From Macrostomum lignano (lineage: Eukaryota), in the NCBI GenBank assembly GCA_002269645.1, contig NIVC01004436.1:1-46052 (forward strand): 46,052 nt of DNA, in the 5' to 3' direction. A model generated the notes under the pieces. It was not told the origin of the DNA. It was given only the letters and a program-made list of their open reading frames with translations, and searched no databases. The position numbers and the translations under genes are program-made. Positions 38,279 through 46,052 of the stretch are shown here, piece after piece. Position 1 is the first letter of the stretch. Each line of letters starts with the position of its first letter.

Positions 38279-38791
38279 ATGAAAGACATTTATGTTTGTA
38301 ATAAATGTAATGTGACTATGCACAGAGGGCAAACAGCAAACGGAGATATATATCATATGTGTTATTCATGTTCTAAAATATATCAATTTGAAAAAACAAA
38401 AAAGATTGAAAACTCATATTACTATTTTAAAAACACAATTTTAAGAAATCTTACAAGAGACATTTCTGATCCAATTTTAATTCCCGGAAATAATGTTTAT
38501 TTATATAATAACTTTTTCCATTTAAATAAAGGAAAGGGATTAAGTTCGAAAGACTCCGAAAGGATTTTAATTTTAGTTGGATATTATTTCAATTTTCTTA
38601 TTCGAGAGAATACAAAGTTTATAAGGATAGGTAACATACCTAACGAAATGTTATTGAAAAAGTCATTGGAATTTTTATGTATTGATAAAAAATTTAAACC
38701 TAGGATCAGAAGAGAGTTACCACTTTGGGAAGAATATATAACATATGCATTAGAAAAACTAAACAACCTGAAGTTCTACAGCACTTCCTGA
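38279..38791 (+). CDS. Zn-ribbon (CxxC-x17-CxxC) hypothetical protein, 170 aa
   Basis: VCNKCNVTMHRGQTANGDIYHMCYSC. Confidence 0.6.
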   Translation: MKDIYVCNKCNVTMHRGQTANGDIYHMCYSCSKIYQFEKTKKIENSYYYFKNTILRNLTRDISDPILIPGNNVYLYNNFFHLNKGKGLSSKDSERILILVGYYFNFLIRENTKFIRIGNIPNEMLLKKSLEFLCIDKKFKPRIRRELPLWEEYITYALEKLNNLKFYSTS

Positions 38792-39414
38792 CCGCGGGCT
38801 TTGTGCCCCAGTAGCAATAGTTTCAGGTTCGTAAATGCCTAATGTTTCTATCGGTGGAGCTTTGGGTTTATCGAGTCTCAACTCTTTTAATTCCATATCG
38901 GTAAAAGTTTCAACATCTAAAATTCTATTTCTATCTTTTAAATATTTTTCATATAATTCAACCGCGGTTGATAATTCATGAATCGTTATCTCTCCGTCAT
39001 CCAATATTTTTTGCACATATAAATATAATTGATTTTTATATTGCTTGCAACATCTCTTAAAGATTTATATTTTTCCTTTCTTTTTTTAAGATATAATTTA
39101 ATTGCTAAAAGTATTGATAAGTTCCTGATCAATTCAAAACCTGATATTGAGCCAATTGAAATACCTAAAAATAATTGAGATAAATTAAGAGTTGGAATAG
39201 ATTGTAAAATACCTAAAACGATTACACATAACATTGATAAGCTTCCAAATCCAATATTGAAAAAGTCCATATTTCTTATATGGTTTGAAACTCTTCTTAC
39301 TTTTTTAGCATATAAATCATAATCATAGTTAATACGATCAACATTACTTAACATCTGACCTTTACGTTGGTTGAACCGGTCGCGTTCCCATTTATCTGCT
39401 TCAGATACCGACAT
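38759..39414 (-). CDS. Polinton-type two-TM protein, frameshifted near 39010
   Basis: Coiled coil, two hydrophobic segments, KKRKEKYK, then /QKILDDGEITIHELSTAVELYEKY. Resembles the conserved Maverick membrane protein pattern (from recall). Confidence 0.65.
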
Positions 39415-39426
39415 TCTCGTCTATTT

Positions 39427-39726
39427 TTAATAGCACCAAAATGAATTCCCCACGCTCTTTGGGTATTTGCCCGAGCTTAATAGGTATTGTATTGGAGTGA
39501 TTCTTTCTTTTTTCTCCCATTTAAATCCTATTTTCCAAAACTCTTGAAGTATAATATGATTTTTTAATAACTTAATTAATTCTTGAAGCTTCTTATTATC
39601 CTGAACATTTACAGTACTAAATAAAAATTTGGTATGAGATTTGAATGTTTTTATATTTGATTCTTGTTTAGGAATAGGAATAATAACATTATTTTGCCGC
39701 ATCGATGGAGTTCTACTAAAAGCCAT
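39427..39726 (-). CDS. Hypothetical protein, 99 aa
   Basis: Starts at CTATATAAAATG (MAFSRTPSMRQNN...). The longer ORF in the track fuses it to the fibre tail. Confidence 0.45.
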   Translation of the reverse strand: MAFSRTPSMRQNNVIIPIPKQESNIKTFKSHTKFLFSTVNVQDNKKLQELIKLLKNHIILQEFWKIGFKWEKKERITPIQYLLSSGKYPKSVGNSFWCY

Positions 39727-39799
39727 TTTATATAGAAATATTTTATATTTGAGTAGGAGGTTTTTCCAAATAAGCAGTAGAGGAAAAACATAACCAAAC

Positions 39800-41765
39800 G
39801 ACGTACTACCACAACCTGCGCCACGAATAAAATGTGCAGCATCCGATCCTCCAGTTCGAGCACCAAAACCCATAAGGTTCCAGATTTATCTAAAGTTCCC
39901 CAAGTTCCACTATCATATGTGAAAACGTTCTGCCAATGAGGGTAAAGAATCACCAGCAACATTGTATGATGAATCTATACCAAACCCTTTGATTTAAAAT
40001 ATTAATTTCAAAAGATGCCAATCACCGTTATCAATATTTGCATAGGCTACAGTTTGATCCGCGTCAGTATTAACATCGCGCGGCTTGATCCGTCTGATTT
40101 TTTTTACTCCAAAACCAAATTTATCATGCCACTCACTAGCAAAAACTATCAATCCGGCGTCGGTTGATAATCCAGATCCAAATTCCGATGTTGGACGTTG
40201 GTGACAGTATGCATAAAACCAAACCGCATCTGCACCATCTCCTGTAGCATTAGCAACTCGGAAAAAGAAAGACGCAGATATATTTTGAAAATGTGTGAAA
40301 TTGAATTGTAAAGCACCACTTACTCCAGAAGTTTCACGAGTAATTCTAGCGCCGTTTTGATAATCGATATAAGAAGCGTCACCAATTAAAGAACCGACTG
40401 GATATATATCTCCGGCGGTTGTTGGATTTTGATATCCAGACCAATTGCAAATTACTGGTTCGAACAAGGCCGCATCAATAGCAGGTATTCCATCCAATTT
40501 ATTTTTATCGCTTCCAGACATTCTACCATTTGATGTTGGAGTAGCTAGCTGATCTACGTACGCTCGCGGAACTGCAGAAAGTATTTGAGTTGGCCAATTA
40601 AGATCTTGAATTTCAACACGGTGTTCAAATAATTGTATTTGACGAACCTCGATAGGTTGTGTACCGGTACCACCAGTTGGGAAGAATACGCTATAATATT
40701 TCCAAAAATTAGTCGTTAAATTAGATAGAGCAAATGATGTTGCTTGAACTGGTGATCCCGACGTAGTTAATGTCGTCCATGAATCGGTAGCAACATTTTT
40801 TGCGCGAACCGACCACCCCGAGGGTATCTCAATTGTTTCACTGCCTGTAATTCTTAATTCAAATATTCTTCTATTATAACCTAAAAATTCAAATTGAATT
40901 TCCATATTGGTTGTGGTTCCGGTATTTGGTGACCATTGTGTCGCAAGGCTTCCATCTCCAACTCGAAAAGCTGTGTTGCCATTTTCAGATGCTGTAAGAA
41001 CAACATCAGGATTTGAAGTATTTGATGTAAGCGGCGTGGTAAAAATATCGGCGTCGGTTGCATTAGCTCGCTCGTTTACTTGGCCTAGAGTTATCGAGTC
41101 TGCGTTATCTGTTCCAAATAATAAATTTGTTAATTTAAAATTATTCATATTAATATTACCACTACGAGTGGCAACTTGATTATCGACATAGTTCTTATCA
41201 ACCACTGAATCACTAGTTGTAATTGAAACATTTATAATTCGGTTGTTGCTCATATCTAGGTTTCCGGTTGCGGTGGTTTGAACATAACGTGAATCAGAAT
41301 CAGTTCGAGAATAAGAATCAGTTACATCTCTTTTTAAATTTAATCCATTATCAACTTCGGTTTTGGTATAAGAATCGGCTACGTTCCGTTTCAAATTTAA
41401 TGAATTATCAACTTCGGTTTTGGTATAAGAATCGGCTGTTCGTTTTAAATTTAATGAATTATCAACTTCGTTTTGGTATAAGAATCGGCTGTATTGCGTT
41501 TTAAATTTAATGAATTATCAACTTCGGTTTTGGTATAGGAATCGGCTACGTTCCGTTTCAGATTTAGTGAATCATCTATTTGAGTTTTGGTATAGGAATC
41601 TGCAACATTTCTTTTTAAATTTAATTTATTATCAATTCAGTTTTTTTATAACCTTCATCTCATTAATATATCGATTATCTCCAAATGTAACACTTATTCC
41701 ACCAGATGTGCCACCACCACCACTACTTGTTGTTCCGTTCCATGAGGGTGTTCCAGAAAATAACA
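39800..41765 (-). CDS. Fibre/spike adhesin: 19-aa shaft repeats, discoidin (F5/8C)-like domain and legume-type lectin domain; several frameshifts; both ends approximate
   Basis: (NLKRNVADSYTKTEVDNSL)n; GNINMNNFKLTNL...DSITLGQV; AFRVGDGSLATQWSP...WKYYSVFF...EVRQIQLF; GRMSGSDKNKLDGI; GARITRETSGVSGAL...DGADAVWF...GFGARTGGSDAAHFIR. Confidence 0.7.
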
Positions 41766-41776
41766 TTTTTTACTGT

Positions 41777-42246
41777 CTATTTTATAGAGTCTAAAATCGT
41801 GCCATCGGCTCGCATGCTTTGCATGATATTCTTAAATACTTCGGGGTTTACACGAGCTTCATTCGAAAGTCGATATAAAAAATACAACGCCGCTTGCCCG
41901 CAATAACTTTTATCAAAGGTTTGAAATTGTTCATGATGATCTCCACATAAACGATTTTTAGTATGATTAAATTTATCTTTTATTTCCTGTAACGGAGGAA
42001 GCGCGTATGAATCAAAAAAATAAACAAGTTTAGGTTTGAATAAACTGCCGACCAATGAACACCATTTTCTTTTGTTGTTTCAATATTAACAATGAAAGAT
42101 CCATATTGTGGTAAGTCTTTGATCTCATCTCGCATAACACATCTGAATGGTTTTATTTTTAACTGCCTCGCCCAATTTGTTAATTCGATATTGCTTGTTG
42201 TGTCCGTTCCATATCTTTGTTTAAAATCATCCCACGTCATGGTCAT
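41777..42246 (-). CDS. Adenain-like cysteine protease (Polinton PRO), frameshift near 42050
   Basis: IVNIETTKENGVHW (His), YFFDSYA (Asp), EQFQ...SYCGQAALYFL (Gln, Cys). Confidence 0.9.
41796..41827 (-). mobile_element. Double-hairpin insert, copy at the protease C-terminus
   Basis: Reverse complement: AT CATGC AAA GCATG CGAGCC GAT GGCACG AT. Confidence 0.8.
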
Positions 42247-42247
42247 T

Positions 42248-42457
42248 TTATGTTCCTGAAAAACTCTTGGTTTTAGTTAGTTTCGTAGGTGTGGGTTTTA
42301 ACAATTCCTTTCTTATTTTATCAGCTTGTAACTGCCTTAATTTTGCTAGTTCTAGTTCGTAATTATCTTCAGCTTTTTTAACTTTTTCTGATTGTTTTTT
42401 TATTAAATTATTATTATTATCGTGCTTTGCACGCGAACATGTTGTTCGATTACCCAT
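42248..42457 (-). CDS. Small basic hypothetical protein, 69 aa
   Basis: AAAAATG start, coiled-coil-like, contains a double-hairpin insert. Confidence 0.5.
   Translation of the reverse strand: MGNRTTCSRAKHDNNNNLIKKQSEKVKKAEDNYELELAKLRQLQADKIRKELLKPTPTKLTKTKSFSGT
42419..42450 (+). mobile_element. Double-hairpin insert, copy in the 69-aa ORF
   Basis: AT CGTGC TTT GCACG CGAACA TGT TGTTCG AT. Confidence 0.85.
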
Positions 42458-42470
42458 TTTTACTATAGGA

Positions 42471-43252
42471 TTAAACCTGTTTTATACGTAAAATTATTGT
42501 TATTGACTGCCCACCAAAACTTATTAATCTATCGCTTTCATCTACAATCCTAATATAAATTGATTGAACATTATATTGATTTAATGGGTAATATATTGGG
42601 GTTTGAGGTGATACAATCATTTTCTCTCCAATTGGAACAGCAAGAAATGGGATTGAATAAATAATTCCACGTTGAACCAAAACTCCATTATTATCTGTTA
42701 TATAACCGCCGTTTGAATGTCGGTTGTTATATTAATTGTATTACTCCACCCTCAATTTTCCACTGTATCACCGGTGCTTGATGTGGTAACTATTCGGGAA
42801 TTAAATCCAAGTATGGTTCTGAGTGAATTTGCAATTGTGAAATCAACCTGATATCCGGATCCTAGTGATAGTGTGAATCTGCCAGACGGTAAATCAACAC
42901 CTATAACAATTGCTCCTGCTACCCAATCACCATTAGTTGTTAATTCTCCTTCTATATAAGCATTCAAATCAGTATAGCTATACGCTCCTGGGTTAACGCT
43001 AAATGTTGTCCAATTGGCTCCGGAATCTTTAGAATATCTAAATTGATTATTTGTTGCATTAATTAATTGAGGCATGTTGAAAACCGAAAATAGAATTAAA
43101 CCTATTTGATAACTTAGGCTTTGATCAAGTTGTAATGGATCGCGCAATTGAATCCGTTGCTCGCTGGTTGTCATTATAAACTGTAATGTTGTACTAAATT
43201 TTGAATTAGTTCGATCTACCAATTGTTTTATAGTATTTAAATTTGTAGTCAT
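42471..43252 (-). CDS. Minor capsid (penton, single jelly roll), frameshifts near 42750-42700
   Basis: IQLRDPLQLD...YQIGL...INATNNQFRY...PGAYSY...SLRTILGF and GIIYSIP...SPQTPIYYPL...IYIRIVDESDRLISFGG match the Polinton penton pattern. Confidence 0.85.
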
Positions 43253-43266
43253 TTTTATAGTGGGAA

Positions 43267-43293
43267 ATCGAACCGTTCGCGGACTCCGTCGAT
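43267..43293 (-). mobile_element. Shortened double-hairpin insert, intergenic (ATPase-penton)
   Basis: Reverse complement: AT CGAC GGA GTCCG CGAA CGG TTCG AT. Confidence 0.65.
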
Positions 43294-43297
43294 CGTG

Positions 43298-44091
43298 CTA
43301 TGTCTCTTCTTCCTCATTATCTTCTTTTATCAAATTTGTTAAAATTCTATGTTTCCTTTCTAACCTCGGATTGATATAAATATGTTTGTATTGGCTATCA
43401 TCCCAAATTTTTTTACACATACTTTTAAATGGTTTTGCATCCAATCCGGGATTAAATCTAGCGTGAATATTTTGTAGATCATAGTTATCTAAATCAAACA
43501 TTACACAACAGCTAGCATTCTTTTTTATAATCGATTCTAATTCTCTAAAGGATTGAGTAAGATAAAAAGCTCCAATTCCATCTCCTCTACCACTAACAAA
43601 AATTTCCTTTTGCAATTCTTGATCACCGTCATTAATACAATCATCAAAAATAATTAGTGTTTTATCATGTTTTGGAATTTGATCATAGGCTAATCGGGTT
43701 GATACTCTAACAGTTGGGGCTCGATCGGACGAAGTCCGCGACCCTTCGGGCGATCGGTGATGTTTTCTGGCTGTTGTGCCATTGTTTTACATAAATCCTC
43801 AATGTCTGCTAGATTAAATCGCGGTTCGTCATCATCCTCATATTGCTCATATGCTCTTAACATTCTAAACAAGACATCTTTTTTTAATTTGTTTTTTAAT
43901 CCATGTTTAAGAAATTCATAATATTTTATTCTAGGTTTATTAGTATAAATTATTAAATTATTATAGTCTAACATTCCATCTGTTGTTAATAAATCGTAAA
44001 CAAAGTGTGTTTTTCCTTTACCTGATCCTCCGATTACTAAACAAAGAAAAGGATCATTTGGAAATATCTTATCGTGTTTTGCCTTTACCAT
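43298..44091 (-). CDS. A32/FtsK-type genome-packaging ATPase, one missing base at ~43751
   Basis: Walker A IGGSGKGKT, Walker B LIIFDD, GRGDGIGAFYLTQS. Confidence 0.92.
43724..43754 (+). mobile_element. Double-hairpin insert, copy in the ATPase (1 nt short)
   Basis: AT CGGAC GAA GTCCG CGACCC TTC GGG-CG AT. Confidence 0.8.
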
Positions 44092-44156
44092 TTTTAAAGA
44101 AATAATTTAAATAGGCGCGACGGTCGAGACCTGACAGCGACGTGCACTGCATCATT

Positions 44157-45624
44157 TTACAATGGTGCGTCCCGAACAATCGTGCCATCAGCTTTAGCAA
44201 TTGACATATATTCCTCTAGAAACAATACGTGGGCGTCAAGTGCCTGATTACCGGTTTTATTAATCTCTAACATATAATTAAGTCCAATATTGGCTACGTT
44301 TTCTTTCTGTGCCGTTAGATCATAAACAACCACTGGATGAATGTTTAGAAACTCTGTGGGTGTGTACTGAGGGACGGCATACGCTTCATTTTTAGCATAA
44401 TCTTGATAATATTTTATAAAATCATTAACATTATTATTTGCTATATTTAAATTTAGGGGGTCTTTAACCGGATAATATTGATCATCAACCTGCAGGCGGA
44501 TATTCTGAACATTAAACTCGTTAATTGCAGCAACTGCATTGTCTGTTGCGGTGGCTGCTTGTTCTGCTATGTCACCCGATTGAAGCCAATATAAATCCCC
44601 ATTTGCTCTTTTACTCCTTCTATTTGTTATTTTAAACCAAACAAAAATATATCTCACCCGACGTTTTGATGTCAGTATTTGCCACTGGAATGAATCCTGG
44701 TTATTATTAATGGTTCGCATAAAATGTCGACGATTCAAATAAAATATTTCCTGATCATGCGTTAACTGATTATCGATGTGTTTTAAAAGTGGGCTGTTAC
44801 CTCAATAGTTGGTACGACTAATTGAATTGAATCTATACGAACTGCTATATCGGTTGAAATTGAGGTTCCATAAAGTATCCTAGGCTGATATCCACCAGAT
44901 ATTTGCAACTGTATCCCAAATTTTAATCCTTTCCATACCCGATTTGGTGAGAAAACCCAAATAGTGGAAAGATTGAAAAGTCCTGCTCATATGCTGTTGC
45001 TGTGGTTAAAACCGCGACTGGGAATTTATTCTGACGATCTATAAAACCAGTATTAATATCTTTTGTATTAGTCATAGTGGTTACAACTGGAACTATGTTT
45101 GTATTAAGGTAAACAATTAGCGCTGCAGTATCTGCACCGGCTGCGTTTTGTACATTAGGGAAAACTACTGCTTGCCCGTTACCTTTATCCGGCATCCACC
45201 CAACATTATCACCAACTTGTTTTGATAAATAAGTATAATTTAAATGTTTCAAAACTCCATTAATCTCTGCGGGGTTTGATGATGTCTCAACCTCAGCACC
45301 ATTAACAGTTAGTTGAGCTTGGGAAAAACATTTATAAAACCAATCATTTTCATTATTATTCCGGATCGATCTGCGATATCTCCGCTGCAAGAGCAGTTCC
45401 ATCATTTCTAGTATACAACCATCTAACGCGGAAAAACGCATTTTTCATATCCAATATAGTGTTGGTTGCGCCGATGTCAAAAGTTACCGTTCCAGTAGTA
45501 AAGTTATTTGAATTATCACTTGTTGGTAGGGTATAATTTAAATCTTTGCTCTGACCTCATTAATATACTGTCGGTGCTTTTTGAAATGAAATTTATCACT
45601 CCACATAGTTTTTGTTTCAGCCAT
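44157..45624 (-). CDS. Major capsid protein (double jelly roll, hexon-like), several frameshifts
   Basis: TVTFDIGATNTILDMKNAFFRV, FSQAQLTVNGAEVE, RVRYIFVWFK, NIRLQVDDQYYP, TPTEFLNIHPVVVYDLT. Confidence 0.85.
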
Positions 45625-45658
45625 TTTTTTAAGTTAAAAAAGTTTTTTATGTTAAAAA

Positions 45659-46052
45659 ATGAGTCAATTTATGGACGTTGATGGAGAGTTAGCGATTTAT
45701 AAAGAGAAGCAAAGATATTCTGATTTTGTTAGAAATTTACAAAAAAGAAAGTTAGGAATACAATTAGCGGGTGAAAGATTTGCTGCTCCTTTTGTTAATC
45801 CTATTACTGGGAAAATTAGTGAACTAGAAAAAACAGATAAAGATCTTCTGGAAAAAATTGCTAAAATACTGAGCCAAAAGAGGATGAACTTTTAGATGAG
45901 CCGCCTGCTTATGATGTTGATCAAGCTCAAATTGAGAGTTGCAGAGATTAGGGCCAGAACGGGGTGGAGTTGATGAATATCCGAGAGCTGCACCAACTAG
46001 TATTGCTGTGACAGATTTAGGTAATAATAATTATCGAATTGGTGGAGTTGAT
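45659..46052 (+). CDS. Polinton hypothetical protein, 5' part (likely frameshifted near 45890 and running off the window)
   Basis: YSDFVRNLQKRKLGIQLAGERFAAPFVNPITGKI resembles a conserved Maverick ORF N-terminus (from recall). Confidence 0.45.

Larger units (their letters stand above)
31605..46052. mobile_element. Polinton/Maverick (adintovirus-like) endogenous DNA virus; right end lies outside the window
   Basis: AGTAGT terminus typical of protein-primed Polinton ends. Abrupt switch to AT-rich, intronless, tightly packed ORFs: pPolB, adenain-like protease, penton, A32-type ATPase, DJR major capsid and a pX-like protein. Confidence 0.93.

Noticed and set aside
39365-39390. GC patches at 39365, 40076, 40551 and 40801 as further double-hairpin copies
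   Set aside because: At most one short stem, no AT-CG...CG-AT frame, and explained by ordinary codons.
41290-41640. Diversity-generating retroelement template/variable repeats in the fibre gene
   Set aside because: No reverse transcriptase is present, and the differences between units are not adenine-specific.
42434-42457. N-myristoylation signal MGNRTT in the 69-aa ORF
   Set aside because: The S/T at position 6 is supplied by the hairpin insert; without it the start reads MGNNNN, so support is weak.
33574-45624. Bacteriophage or prophage origin of the AT-rich block
   Set aside because: pPolB, adenain, A32 ATPase, DJR capsid and AGTAGT ends define a eukaryotic Polinton, and no Shine-Dalgarno pattern precedes the starts.

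Overview
Eukaryotic (animal) genomic DNA in three parts. (1) 1-1290: 3' half of an intronless cytosolic HSP70 ending GPTVEEVD, broken by several small indels. (2) 3959-30915+: a VPS13D gene. I traced 26 GT-AG exons by hand (about 3626 codons, phases consistent; Chorein N-terminus, UBA and VAB/SHR-BD regions). Most of its larger introns are filled by their own private 14-46 bp minisatellite. The style suggests a Macrostomum-like flatworm, which is inference only. (3) 31605 to the end: an AT-rich Polinton/Maverick (adintovirus-like) endogenous virus inside VPS13D intron 26. It starts with AGTAGT and encodes pVI/pX-like core proteins, protein-primed PolB, a 2-TM protein, a lectin-tipped fibre, an adenain-like protease, penton, packaging ATPase and a double-jelly-roll major capsid. 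No integrase is visible. The most unusual signal is a family of 28-bp GC-rich double-hairpin inserts flanked by AT...AT (net +30 nt = 10 codons). At least 6 copies sit in the viral part, 5 of them inside genes (PolB twice, protease, ATPase, a small ORF), and they show compensatory base changes. The viral left end is also highly structured: a 271-nt panhandle with a G-free loop, followed by a 30-bp perfect inverted repeat.
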